From contig JALDZS010000051.1 of NCBI GenBank assembly GCA_022813965.1, positions 1 through 64,000 on the forward strand: a stretch of DNA of 64,000 nt. Direction: 5' to 3'. The notes below the pieces were generated by a model. That model searched no databases, was not told the origin of the DNA, and saw only the letters and a list, made by a program, of their open reading frames with translations. Position 1 is the first letter of the stretch. Every line of letters begins with the position of its first letter. A program made the translations under genes and the position numbers. Shown here in pieces: positions 25,501-39,353 of the stretch. Source of the stretch: Toensbergia leucococca. Lineage: Eukaryota.

Positions 25501-26367
25501 CATTGCTCTTTGAGCATCTCCCAGTCTTCGGAGAAACCCAGGTGTTTTTCGTAGCACTACAAAACGTACAGACCAGGTAGTGAGAAGCGAATCGAGGCGG
25601 GATATATAAGGCAGGGCATGCATAATCGTAGCTGTGACAATGGCTGTGAAATCATCTAGATGATTGTAGTTGACAAGCGCCAAGTTCTCGAGCCCACCGT
25701 ATAGCGATGATCTTGATGATCTCGAAGACAGATGAGCATCTCTGACGTGGTCTTTGAGCTCTTCAAGATCGAGGGTTTCCATGTCGTCCCGTATCACTTC
25801 AATACGTTCCTCATATTGTTGTACCACACTTTTGGAGAGGCTACCCCAGTATTCCTCTTCTCCATCCTCCCCTACTGTCTGCAATTTCGAAGGGTTTGAT
25901 AAAAGGAGGTCTGCATGATCCCCATGGTCAATTTGCAGCCTCTTTTTCAGACGTTCTTCTAGGGGCAGCGGCTCGAATCCATTGCCCTGACCATCAAGCG
26001 CTGTTGGCCAAGGCCATGCCGCGAGTTCCTTCTGCCACTCCTTTAGCTTCTTCCCTGCTAAGGCTGCTCGAATGCAGAGCGCTCGCTCGGATGTTGATAC
26101 AGCCGTGATACTGTCACGTAGCACACTCTGATGAGCAGATCCTCCCACATTCACAGCATCTGTAGATTCTAGAGCTTCAAGGGTGGACGTTGGGGAGAGA
26201 TCGGACAGCAAAGGATCAAGTTCATGGGTAGTGAAATGATGTCGGCGACTAGGGGAGCGTGAAGGAGAGCGCGAATGTCCCCGGTAGTTCGGGGCTGCGA
26301 AATGAATGACAGGATTAAAATTGGCCGGATCTATAACACGCTGAGCCATGTCGAAGAGTTCACTCAT
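22536..26367 (-). CDS. GAS2/GAR-domain (microtubule-binding) protein
   Basis: KLFVRLVGEGGERVMVRVGGGWADLGEYL is the GAR signature. Intron 23871-23922 joins the two large ORFs. Start ATG at 26367 or 26349. Confidence 0.85.
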
Positions 26368-27529
26368 AATAGGTAAAGACGGTCGTAGTCGTGGAAGGCT
26401 TTGGCCTGAGGCACCGAGTTCTTGCTTGTCCTGGACGCATTCTGTATCTGTGTGAAGGTCAAGAAGGTTAAGCTCGGCATATGTGCGTGCAAGTGCAAGG
26501 AATGTTAGCGAGTCGTTGCAATGGAGCAAAGTATGCGATGATTAATATGTGAGGTTCCGAATTCGAGGTTCTTGTCACCATCCCACATCCCACATCCACA
26601 TTCCCGTCGACCTTCCCATCTCGGACACTCCGGCCCGACCTCTCATTGGCTGCCTCCGAGTCCATTTCAACCCTAGCTGGGAAAGTAATCCAGAACACCA
26701 AACAGAACCTTGACGGATAGGTCACAACCCACGTCGCCAATTTGATTAGGATTGACAAGAAGCTCGACCGCCAAGCCATTTGATTCTACGAGTCTAGAAA
26801 GCCGTGGAGGCTGGAGGATACCATCTGCAGCGCCATCAACTATCCCTACCTAGTGTGCTGCAGCCATGTCGTACAACAGCACGAATCATCCAACGGCTAT
26901 TTGGAGGACGCCTATCCTTGCACGACTTTACCTGGGGAGCTGGGATAATACCACGGAGATAAGCGTTCACACGTTGGTGATTGGTGAGCCCAACATGAAG
27001 TCTCCCGCAATAGGATAGCATTAGTACCTGTTGTCTACAGCATCACTCAGAACAGTATCCGTAGCAGATTAGAAAATCGAAGGCATCGCGAATATCACCT
27101 AGAACAATTGCGGCACAGGATTGGTTACAATTAAATAGAATACATTATCAGCAAGGAATTCTGGGCCCAGACAACTTCGCCAACCGGGCGAGTGTACAGG
27201 AGAGGCGCGTTGAGTAATACTCCCAGCGCCAAGGCCATGAGAAAACACCGCCTTGAATGACTTATGAAGCGACTTGGGAACCCTAGCCCGAGATACGTAT
27301 CAGAGCACGAGGTGAAAGGAAATATCCAGCCGGTTATGCGAAAGGCGATTATACCAAGTACTCGTCGACGCATTGAATGTAAAACAAAGTGTTGCCGTGA
27401 ATGTAGAGAGCTATTTTTTACCATTAGGTGGTATACCAAGGATAGTATTTGGAAGGTTTCCAAGGGTTTCGAGGCCGTGACACTGATCGTGTACCAATGC
27501 AGGTTCTCCAAGAAGTCTTTCTCGTCTTC

Positions 27530-28105
27530 CTATGACCATCTCTGGCCTAGGTCATTCTCCTTCAATCCACCTATCCTCTCCAGGTCCAGTGAAACAAATC
27601 TTTCAGACTCACTTCTTTGGTAGGGTGGTAGGTTGCTATGGTCGCACGGTTCTAAGCCCACGCCTCCGTTGTCACTAATCCGGACTGTGACAACTCGACC
27701 CGATTTGCGCTTCCCAGCTTCGTCTTCCTCCTCAGGAAAAGTAATGCGGATCTCAGGGATGGGACTAGTGGGTGGGCTAGCTGAGTGCTCCACAAGCGTG
27801 TGCTTCTCGTTGTAGATATTAATACTGTCCGAGCTCCGTCCATATGGAGCCGCAGTAATAGTCAGGCGACGGTGATTTGGCAACAATGAGGCGACGGGTG
27901 TCGGTGATTTGGGATTGTGAAATGGAAGTTCGGATTTTTGCTGCTGGGATTTTCTATTCGATCGAAGGATAAAAAGACCGCCGACGAGGCAGAAACCGAA
28001 TACGACCAAGACCAAGAGAGCAATGAGGAGGTTGACCATGGTAGGTGTGAAGGTGCTAGCACTACTTGAATCGTCTCGGGCGAGGAGTCTTTGAATTGAA
28101 TCCAT
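27530..28105 (-). CDS. Small single-pass membrane protein of unknown function
   Basis: 191-aa ATG ORF with one TM segment (LLIALLVLVVFGFCLVGGLFIL) followed by basic residues. The C-terminal PEIRITFPEE...GRVV.VRI..GGVGLEP block looks conserved (recognised from memory, not searched). Confidence 0.75.
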   Translation of the reverse strand: MDSIQRLLARDDSSSASTFTPTMVNLLIALLVLVVFGFCLVGGLFILRSNRKSQQQKSELPFHNPKSPTPVASLLPNHRRLTITAAPYGRSSDSINIYNEKHTLVEHSASPPTSPIPEIRITFPEEEDEAGKRKSGRVVTVRISDNGGVGLEPCDHSNLPPYQRSESERFVSLDLERIGGLKENDLGQRWS

Positions 28106-29419
28106 TGCGAAGGAATGTGGTTGTGGTATGTAATGTAATGAGTGTTGATGTTATTCTAACGCGTCGTAATGAATGTGTAGAGGCTATTTTTCGAGTTAGA
28201 ATTAGGTTCACATGAAAAAGTTCTGATTGCCATGAGATATGTACTGACATGGCTGCAATTGGAGGCTCCGAGATGACAGTGCTGGGTAGGTTACAACAGG
28301 AATAGCTAGAAAACGTTCTCTTGGAAGAGCCTCGAAGGGAATGGAAAGCACGATGAACAGCTGAAAGAGTGAAGCTGCCACCTGCGAGTATGTTGTGATA
28401 CTTCGTGGGAAGAGGAAGAAAGGAAATGGACCAGAAGAAGAGGTGAACGGCAACAGGAGCAGCCTGAGCACCCTATTGTTAGTGCTGTTGTAACTGCCTG
28501 CGGGTGGAGATTAGCCTCTTATTTTAGGCGTTATGGAAAATGCGGTAGCCAATCGATCAGCCAATCGTGTGCTTGCTAGCCGCTGGAACTCTCAGTCTAA
28601 TCCTTTAGGGCAACTCTAGGGCTTATTTAGGGCTACTCCAGACGAGGCACCATCCTTAGCTCCAACCCTCGAAAGGTACCTTATCCGGATCCCTACGGAG
28701 TACCTCCCCTCGCTCCCGTACCTACTCCTATTCCACCACAGAAAAGTCTGGTACGTATCCAACGCGTAAGACCGTGACATCGATGGAAGCGCAAGGTAGT
28801 TTTCAATTATACTTCTGGGTTCTGACCAGCACAAAGTCAATGTGTATCATAAGACAAGTTTAGCCAAAGCCAGCCATTCGATTTGTGCATACAGGTCGGT
28901 GAATAAGTACAAGCCATCTATCCATCTATGCCATACCCTCACTCACTTTAACCATCCTCCCTCGCTTTCATCATTTCCTTCCTTCGTGAATCCGAAATCC
29001 TCCTAAACCCCCAAAGCGACAAAGCCAAAGTGATTCCCCTTATTCCTGAGTCACAACGAAAGCGTTGAGCAAAATAAATCAACCACTTGAAGTTAGGTAT
29101 CAAAGGCCTCAGCCCGTGCCGTCAGTTACTCCTGAGCGATGTATCATGGTATCTAAGCAAAGAAAACGAGAAGGACCTTCCCTTCAGCATAGAAAGGACT
29201 GCTATTTTTACAGGTGTCGTCCGGACAAGTGTCATGCCGATGAATGCGTACTGGCCCTCGGAGCTGCTTGATTAGCAGCAACATATGTAACATACGAAAG
29301 GATTGTGTCCGAAGATGTAGAGGAATTTTGTGCACCTAGGCTGCTCGTAAAACCCTAAGTAAATTCTGAGAATACGGAGGGAAAAAAAGATTAAATACTC
29401 GTGGAGTCGACTCGATTAT

Positions 29420-32400
29420 TTAAGATGAATTCGGTGTTACCACTTCCACAGCGCGAGCACCAGCGCTAGATTTACGAGAGGCAACAGGACCGTCTGTAGT
29501 GCTGGCGTTGGTGCTCGGGAGAGAGCTGCTCTGTGGCGATTGTCCGTCACCAGTGAGCAGAGGCGGTGTTGGAGCCTCAGATGTATCTATTGGCAAAAGT
29601 GACGGAGGATTGGCTTGATTCGGTGGGGGAGGATTTGGGATGTTGTATATGATTTTTTCTATCGCGGTAATCTGCTTGCCATACGCAAATCTCTTAAGAA
29701 GAGCGAGCTGAGGGTTGATATGCTCGACAAAATCATCGAATTCGGAACCTTTGAGCTGGGTGAGAAGTTTTTCTGCTTACGAGTTAATACTGTCTTTTCG
29801 CGAGAAGTCTAAAAAGTGTACTCACGGACGACGTAGTTGCCATACTGGTCACGTATCAACGTTTGAAGAGGGCTTTCGCCCTTCTCATTGTGCACATACA
29901 GAGCAGCAACGATTGCCTGCCTTTGATCGGCAGACCCAAATTGAATGCTCTTTTCCACGACGTTGCTGGCAAACTTGTGTTTCGAAAAGTGTACCAACTG
30001 AGCGGTGATAAGATAAATGATTTTGCCACGGTCTTCTTCTCTCCCATGTTCGATAACATGTTGAGTAACGTAATTACCATATTGGTCAAGGATCAGGGAC
30101 GAAGCACAGGCGTGCAGTTCTTGAAGGACAGCTGTCCTAGTTGGCTCTTCGCAGTGCTCGAGCATGCGTTGGATGACACGGCATCCATAAGGGTGTGTTG
30201 CTAGGCCTTGCACCTGTCCCGTAAAGGCGTTGATGATGAACTGTATATGTTCGGCAGGTACTCTCTCAATGGCCTTTTGGATGACGTGGTTGCCGTTCTG
30301 GTCTCTGACACACTTCAGCACATGATTCTCAAGCTCCTTGACCAAGGACGCTTGTTGGTCGGTCAGAATGTGTTCAAGAGCCTATTGACATTAGACCGAG
30401 GCTTCATACAAACCCATGCAAGTGAGGACTGACTTTTTGAACCACCCTGCAGCCGTACATTTGTAGCGAGAGCGTCAAAATATGCCCCTTCATTTGATTT
30501 GCTAAGATCTTTTTTTGCGATTGGTTGCCATGCTCGAAGAATTTCTGTATCACATAATTGCCAAAGACATCCGTCATAAGCTGCATCGAGTTGGGGAATA
30601 TTTCACGGAAGACTTGGTCTTTCTCGTCACTGTTAGCCGTCTCGAGTTTCTGCTGAATGAACCTGGAACCATGCTGGTCTCCACTAAATTCGACGATATG
30701 ATTGTATATGCCCTTCGAGTTTTTAGTACAGATATAAAAGTCTCCCCACGCCATCAATAGGACTTTACCTTAAGCTCGTATCGCTTGTTGGTCTTGTTAT
30801 TGGATCGAAACTCCTGAAGCAACGCACTCCTCAAAGTCTGTGCCGGATCAGGGTCCTTGGCGGGTCCTCTTGGATACAAGGGATTAACTAGTAACGTTGA
30901 AACGTTTGGCACTGGGGGATGCAATTGATTCATCCGTATAGTGTTGTCTATACTATATTCGTAAGAGTACGGATAAGGGGGTCTAAACTGCAAGTGGTTT
31001 GGCTGATGCATCAAGTAGTCTTGTTGTTCTTGCTGCAACCCTCGAAGCTTTCGATCTAACAACGCCGCTGTTCCACTGGGGATGCTACTTCGCGAGGGCG
31101 CTCGGTATTGCGCTCCTGTAGACGGAGTTTCAGTCGCCGAATAGAAGGGACTCTGATGACTACGGCGCGTATCGCTGTTGCTCGGGGAGTGCGAGGTGTG
31201 TCCTCCGAAGTGAACGCTGTGGTATTGGGTCCACTGCGGAGGCAGTGAGCTGGTAGTAATTGTCTCTGGTATGTAGGCGTCATGACTAATTTGATAGACA
31301 TTGTCCTCCGAACCCCAGACATCGCTTGTGATTTCTGAACCCACCTGATGACCGTAATCATACTTTAAAGAGCCCGGGCCACCAAAGTGTGGCGTATTCT
31401 GTGTTGCATACAGAGGGTGCGAGTTTTCTTTACCAAGATTGAAATTGCCAAAGTCTCCAGCTAGACTGTTGAGTTGCGTTGGGCTTGGGCGGTCTCCGAA
31501 CTTGGAATTTCCAACAAACGAGGAGTAAGACGAAGCGTGCGTGGATAGGTTCGGTCGATGAGAAGAACCAGTCGTTGATGGCTGGCCGAACTGTGAATAC
31601 TGGGAGGTAGCAGATACGTCACTACTCAGATGCACAGACTGATTGCCGCCGTTGCGTGTTGGTGGTAAGCTGCCACTGCGAGATACGGTACTACTGTTGT
31701 ACCCGGAGATGCTGCCATAGGTATTCTGACGTCCAGATTGTACTGCACTTCCCATATCATTACTTCCAAACACCATTGCTTTCATTGGTCGACGTTTGTC
31801 CTCGTCACTGTTGTGTCGAGAGGGTCGGCCTGTACTGGCAGTGTCGAACGCATTGGTAGTTACAAAGCTTCCCGAAGTAGGGTCAAGGAAATGTTTCTGT
31901 GATGGCTTACTCATAATCCCTTGGCCAATTATATTCGGTGGGGGTACCGAGAAATAGGGAGAACTGGCCGAAATCTTCTCGCTGAATTCCGAGAATGATG
32001 GAGGGGGAGCATATTGATTACTATTTTGACGGCGCAAAGGAGACGTGCTTGTGTGATTGGTATGGACACTTGAGAGAGATGGTGAGGTCTTATCAGTGGA
32101 GTTCCACGGTGTAGCTTGACGCCCGTTCCAATGGTCTAACTCAGACGACGAGAGCAGAGATCCAGATCCAGTGACTCCTTCAAGATTACCTGAAGTTCCG
32201 GGAGCATCCTCTTTTCAGGACAGGTCAGACTGGCGTAGGGAATCATAGCAGAGCCAGGGACCAACCTTGCACACGACCATTTTCAATAGAGCCACTTTTC
32301 ATGCCACTGCCGATTGCAGTACTTGCCCATATTCCTCCATTCCACGTATTACCTCCACTCCCAAAGCCATTTCCTAGAGATGTTGCATGCGACGAGATCC

Positions 32401-32542
32401 GTGACTGGTCGTTGTTATTCAAACTAGGCCCCGAGCCGAAATTTCCAAAGCGGTTTTTAGTCTGGCAATGCCGAGCTTAGCATCGACTCAAAACATGTGG
32501 TCCGTCATTTTTACTTAATGAGGAGCTTACCGTAGAAGTCAT
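29420..32542 (-). CDS. PUF3: Pumilio-family RNA-binding protein Puf3
   Basis: Eight Puf repeats: SRFIQ, NYVIQ, CRVVQ, NHVIQ, CRVIQ, NYVTQ, SNVVE and NYVV|Q. Long low-complexity N-terminus. Multi-exon; 5' exon MTST inferred. Confidence 0.9.
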
Positions 32543-34808
32543 GGTCTTCTCGTAAAGTCGGGTTTCTTGAGTCAACAGTGTTATCGGCACGAGGAGCGCA
32601 AAAGTATTAGCAAATCCAGGCTTGTTCGGGTTGAATGTACAGCCTTTGCGTAGCTGTCCTTGGCTGTACAGAAAGGACAGTGTCTCTGTTCGAGTAAGTT
32701 GTCAGATTAAGATTGCCAAGGCTGCAGCTGGAATGTCATTGAATTCCTGGGACGGCGAAACCTACACAAAAGAATGTCGTTATTCTGATCGTATCCCATG
32801 TACTGGACAAGGTGGAGAGTCGGCGGAGAGTCCGAGGGATATATCCAGTGGAATGCAAGGTGGTTGTCGGGCGGCCACCCCTTCGTTTGTCCTGCTTGGT
32901 TATATGATCTCAGCAGGCAGCCGTCCAGTAATCGGACGCAGATCGAAGAATAATGTCTATCTCCCCCGCACAAGGCGTCCAGCAGGTTTCACCGCCAGTT
33001 CTCTTCATAAGGTCAGGACTTGGATGGTTTGGCCAGCGTTGGGATAGGAAGTAAGCAAGGGGGGTGCAGATTGCGTGCGCCAGGAGAGAAAGTCGATAGT
33101 GTGGAATTTGGCAGTGGCAGATGGGGTTTCTATGGTCCAACAGCTGGGACATTGAGGGTCTCGGAGGGTATCACGACAAAAGAAAAAAGAGAAAAGAGAC
33201 TATTGATTGATCATTTGTCCTGCGTGTGCAGCGTCACAGCGCAAGTACGAGTAGAGGACAGTACTACTTTTCTTACCAGGGGACACGCCTCAAAGTCCGG
33301 CTACGCTACTCCTAACTTTCCAACGGCGGTCGATCAGGGCTTAAAATAATACGCTGCCCATCACACAATTGATGTCGGCAGAATAACTAGGCAAAAGCTC
33401 CAGGGATTTAGTTCAAGGATGGTAACAAACGTTGTGCAGTAGGTAGGTGTTAGGCTGTGAGGGCAAAGGGAATTAGGGAAACGGCCATTTTCAAATCTGG
33501 ACTCCATGTGGACTGCAACTATTTCTATGCACACACTTTTCCAATCCGGGTCGGGAGGATCATGCGCCAGCCTTCAGCCCTACAACCCCGTCTCCCCGTC
33601 ATCCAATCCGGTGAAGACATCCATGAAGGCTGACGGGAGGGACGGAGACAGACATCAATGGATACACGTACGAGTCCTCAATTCACCATGAATGAACTTC
33701 TCTAAGTATAGTTCTCGTCAAGGGTATTAACGTAGAAGCTGTTATCATATAAGGATCTCTTCAGGGTGCGGAACTTCCCAAACCCTTGAAGCTCGCGATC
33801 CGGCATCAAAGCCTCCGTCTTAGCCCTTACTCCGTACATCAGGTGCAAAATCTACAGTCTGGTCTATCACTGCCACTAATGGTCGGGACAGTTATGAATG
33901 CATCACAGTACAGTCTTCACTACGTCTCGGAAGTCATTTGCCACTTCCTCATCTTCAACGTCAAGCTGTTTCTAATCGGTTTGATGCAGCTTGTGGCGTG
34001 TTCGCTGGACACAATCCCATGCACAGCAAAGTGAGCAAGGGGACTAGGTATGGTCCTGGCGATTCATTGACACATGGGCTTCGAAAGCTCTGGAGAAGCT
34101 TGTCAGCGAGAGAATGTGTGGAGCACTATCTTAATTTCCCTGATGAGATCATCGAACTTTGTTTTCAGTAGCCTAGACCTAGCAGTATCGATCTGAGGGA
34201 GTAGCACTCGTAGGTAAGGTATCTGAGAGTACGGAAAATCCGATATGACAAACTTGAAGGTTCAGCTGACAGAACAGAGGACTTGTACTCGTAATCATGC
34301 TTTGTACCCCGTAGTGGTTCGGAGAATAAGTTCAAACCCACCAAAAACCCATTTCAAGTAGAGTAGTGCACCTTGTTCTTCCATCGACGCTCTCGCCAGC
34401 CAGCCAGATTTGTTTGAGCATCATATGAGGCAAGTGATGTAATAGAAGCAAGCGCATGGGAGTCAATCTCGTCCTCTTTGAGCGATTCCCATCGACTGCT
34501 GCATGCGGCATCTAGGCCATTTCCAGTGCTGCACTGCAGCCGTACCAATATTGTGTAACATGTGACAGACATGCGCATCACTGATGTCTTAGGTTTCTCG
34601 TATCATCTTTGCTGAAAAGTGGTGTGCATGGCCTCCGTGCTGCCAGTTTTTGTGTGACCTGGGATGCAGTTTGGATGGTAATTGGTAAATGATACGTTGC
34701 GCTCAAGGTAGTTTACTAAGCAGTGCATGGGGAATGCTCCGCACAAAGCATTACTACCTAGAACAAATAAATTCGATGGTCTGATTAGCATAGATTTCGA
34801 GTATCCAT

Positions 34809-37800
34809 TCAAACGCCTTGCACCTTCCTGTAGCTCTCGGGCCTCAACCACGCCCTCAGTACCTTTACGCCATATACCGGCCCCAGACTGCATCCCGCAA
34901 TGGCTGCTACCCTCCACCCAAAATCCCAACTCCATACATAGCCCAAGTCGAAATAACCTCCTAAAAACGGCAGACTAGCCACATACAGCGCTGCTGTTCC
35001 CAGTAATGAAACCACCATGGCCCAATGCCATGTCACAACCTCGGCGGCCACCATGACCAGTTCATTCAGCACCAGTGACGAGAAGCTCACGCTAACCATG
35101 CGTGGAGAGCTGACGCTGCCCACAAGCAGCTGGCTGAGGCCTTGAATGACTACACCTTGGTACACGCTCACCGCAACCCAGACGAAGAAGGTTGTATAAC
35201 TAAGGGAAGCTCCGGTAGTGAGCTCCTTATAGAGTTCCGGATATAAATTTGCAAGACCCTCATCGACATCAGTATCCAAGACCAGGCTGAAGACAGGTGC
35301 CATGGTATACACTGTTGCATAACCGACAAGTAACCAATCACGGTACAGAGCGTGCGGTTCGAACTGCGTCGCAATGCTGTAAACCGTCTGGCACACTGAG
35401 ATGAGGAGTCCACGATGTATAACGAATTGGGCTAGTTTGGCAGAGCGCTTGTATGAATTACGTCCGTGCCAGACGAGAAGTTTGGTGAGATGGTGGAAGG
35501 TGATGATGGAAAAGTCCGCGGCCAGGGATGCTTGACGGCCTTCTTTTCCAACGATACCGATACCGACGTCAGCGGCTTGGATCATGGAGACATCATTGCC
35601 ACCATCCCCGATGCAGGCAACACGTTTTTGCGTATGTTGACGGATCAAGGTTGCGACGTCAGCTTTTTGTGTAGGGGAGCAGCGGCAAGCTATGACAGCA
35701 GGAAGCATGACAGCAAGAGAAATAAAAGCTTGGCGGTGGTGAGTTAGGAGATAAGAAAGGGAATCGCCGTCGATGAGGAGGGCTGTCGATTCTGGCTTCG
35801 AGCGGAGTAGTGACAAGGCGTCAAGTGCCGATGAGACGTTGAGATTGCTAGAAAGATTGGTAATGCTGTGGATGTACTGGGTGCGCGAAACTAATTTGGC
35901 AGAGACAGCCACGCAACGCGCAGTTTCTACTTTGTCGCCTGTGAGCATCCATATTTTGATGCCAGCGTTACGAAGCAACTCAAGGGATGGCTTGACATCT
36001 TTCTGTAGCTTGTCTTCGACACCTGTGACGCCGAGAAGCTCGAGGTTATGTTCTAGGTGGTCTTTCGTGACGCGAGCCATGTTGAGATCTCGTGCTTGCA
36101 AAGACATTGAAGCCTCTTTGTATTGAGTGGAAAACTCGTGGTATTGTTGCGACGATAATTTTCTCCTACCTATCACCAAGGTCCGCAGCCCTTCTCGTGC
36201 CATATTTGCTGTCTCTTCATCAAGCCAGTCATTTGCAGCTACAATCGAAGTCATCACAGTGTCGGCTCCTTTCTGATAAAACCATATCTCCCCAGCTTCG
36301 TCGGCTGAAGATGTGGTAGACTCGGTTCCTTGTAGAAATTGCAGAATGATGCCCATACGCTTGCCCTCTGAAGTGAAGGGAAATATTTCGAGGATACGCA
36401 CTCGGACAATGACACGAGAACTGTCGACTGACTGAAGTGTAATGCTGCGCCTGTCCCGATGCATGAGACGTAGACCTACACTCTCCGCCCATCTGACTAT
36501 AGCTATTTCGTCTGGAGAAGAAGCTTGATATGTGGTGAAGCTATGTCCATGCTCCTCCTCCGTGGTCGGGGTGACATTATGGCACAATGCAAGCGCCAAA
36601 ACGATATCTCGGACGCGAGAACCGATTTCCCGCCTTGTTCTTGTCGTCGAGGCTCCTGACAGTAGTGTATTGTGAGCAGACGACGGAGTGACTAGTGCCG
36701 AAGGTTGGCTGGCATCAGAGGAAATAGTCGAAAAGCCTTGCCGAACATAAGATGAGACTTCGTCCATGGCTTCATTGGCATACGAAACAGTTCCAACATG
36801 GATTTTTTTCATTTCCATTTCTACTACTTGTTAGCGATCCTCGAATGCTGAACACCTAGATACGTACCGTTCTGGGTCAATGTCCCGGTCTTATCACTCA
36901 ATAAATACTCAATACGGCCCAGTTCTTCTGGAATTGTACTGGTCCTGACTACTGCGCTAGGCATACCTTGATCTCGTTCGATGAGCCAAGCATATGCTGT
37001 TTTTCCCATATCTAGATTCACACGTAAACTGATCGGGATAATCGTCGAGAAGAGTATAAGAAATCGCGTGATAGCCACATACCACTGGTGTCCTTTCCTG
37101 TTCTCAAAGCCTTCTAATGCAACAAGAACAATCGAAAGAGTTAGAGTGAGAGCGCATAGTATTTTCGTCAGATTATTGATTTCGTACTCGAGAAGTCCCG
37201 TCTTGGATCTTGAAGGTGATGTGGACATAGCTTGACGAGTCTGCGCGCCCGTGTACACCACAACGGCTAGGACTATGGCGTTTGATGCAAGAACCGTGTC
37301 AGCCCAGGCCGTATTGTCGATAGACAAAGGCGCAGTTCTAGTCTTCTGGGTATTTTCATGGGGCCGACCCTCAGTGCATTCAGCACTATATTCAACAGTA
37401 CCAATGAATTCGTTAACCTTTTTTTCAGGTTTCCCTGCCACAATCTTGATTCTTGTAAAAGCACGTGGGTCTAACGGCTGCGTTATGGGCGACGCCAGAC
37501 GTAATTTCCAGTCCGTTTCGCCGTCAAGCTGATCAGTACGAATGAAAGTTTCTCCGACACCTCCACCGTCAGCTGCTGGAGTCGACCTGTCCGAAGATGT
37601 TGAGTGTCTTGCATCGGCGTCTACTGCTTCAGAATCAGTAATTAGAGCATCCGCCATATGTTCCGCGTGTCCTGGTGAGTCATTGTTGACTTCCTCAGAT
37701 AGTGCTATAGTTACTGCAGACTCGGCAGGGTAGCTCTTCAAGATGACTAAATCTGCAGGAACTCTCTGATCCTTGCTTAATTTCAGTACGTCCCCAACCT

Positions 37801-38827
37801 TAAGGTCCCGAGACATGATCTTTATCTCATCGACTTCGATGTTCGAATCATGATCTACCTCTCCTCCCAGGTTCTCCTCCTCCTCTGCAATGGCATCAAG
37901 GCGATTGGGCTTAGATGATGGTGCTTTCTTCGACTTCTTGGAGCCTAGCCGGGCCTTGAATTTGTCCTTTGCCCGAATCGCCAATACTTGGGATCTATCC
38001 CGTAATCGCAAAACTGTATACTCTGCCTTGTTTGCTTCCGCATCTCTCCTGCGTCGCGCAATATCGTCTAATGCTTCCTTTCCCAATGTAATAGCCAGAA
38101 CAAAAGCTAGTGGAGCAACATAAGTGGACAAGTATCCGATACGCAAAGGGGGTATAACTTGGGACAATGCAACAAGAAGAAAGTACATGTTGAAGAAGAA
38201 AGAGAATTCATTGTATAGAGTGCGAGGTAAAAAACTCAAAGGCGTGTACTTGGCATTTGAGACAGCATTTGGCGGAAACCTAGGAGGCGGATATTGACCG
38301 ATGCTTATGTCTCTGGATTTCCCAATACTCTGTGTCTCATCTGTACCTCCCAGACGGGAGTCCACTTGGCTAGGTCCGCCGGACAAGAAGCTTGGTAATC
38401 GTAATTGGGGCATAAAGAGCCTTGGACGCATTATAGAATCATGAGTTCCTTGTCCTCTGCTATTCCCATGCTGTAGAAGAGGTGCATCATCATCTGCGGT
38501 GCTAAAACTTCCAGGCGAATCTCTCATATCCGGGTTATTCTCCAGCAGTTGATGAAGGTCCTCCTCACTTGCTGCCTCTTCGTGATAGTTGTCATGCTTT
38601 TGACTCCGACGTCCAAATGTCCTTAAACCACTGGAACGCAGGTTCCTCAATGGTATCTCTCCTTGGCGTCTCCGCTGCTGCTTGCGCGATACATCATGGT
38701 AAGATGCAGCTCTACGACCAGCTGTGAGCGGATCTAATTCTTGTAGGTCGAGCTCGACATCAGAGTCCGAGTCTCCAGTTGGTGAGTTTGGAGCGTTAGG
38801 TTGGTCGTAATTGTGAGAGACTGACAT
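34809..38827 (-). CDS. NEO1: P4-ATPase phospholipid flippase Neo1
   Basis: TDQLDGETDWK, IIPISLRVNLD, DKTGTLTQN, QASSPDE, MLTGDKVETA and IGDGGNDVSMIQ. Intron 36821-36867. Confidence 0.95.
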
Positions 38828-39353
38828 GATTTCAGACCATCGTATTATGGCGGTCCCAGGCGTGTCCTGTAAGGTACGAGAAACATGTCGGCTATTTCCT
38901 TGATCGTCTTGAGTAAGGTAGTCCTCAAAGCCGGTAGAGGGACAAGAGTTAATGATTTTAAAGGTTGCCTGAGAGCAAAATCTTGCCTGTTATGGTTTAG
39001 CTCATCTGGGCGCTTTGAACGGCCCGAGATTCTGACGCTAGCTAGGAAGATGACACTATCAAGGTTGCGCCCTTAAGCTCGGCTTTAGCTACGCCCTCCT
39101 TTCTCTTCAATCCTGCTCCAGCATATGTCGATGTCATGGACCTCCCTACCTATGACTTGCAGTGCCGCACATAGTCCTCTCGACGACGAGGCTCAACCGA
39201 CGGTTTGGGCTTCTCGAGTATTGACCTTTTCTTCATGTAAAAGTACGTTGCACTCCAAGAGACGGCACCAGCAACCCCCGGATCTCACCAACCTCTGCCC
39301 AGATGTAGACTGATTCTCCATAGTTGTTTTCTCACAGCGACTGAAACTGAACC

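Noticed and set aside
33500..34600. Short ORFs between PUF3 and NEO1
   Set aside because: No recognisable motifs or consistent exon structure.
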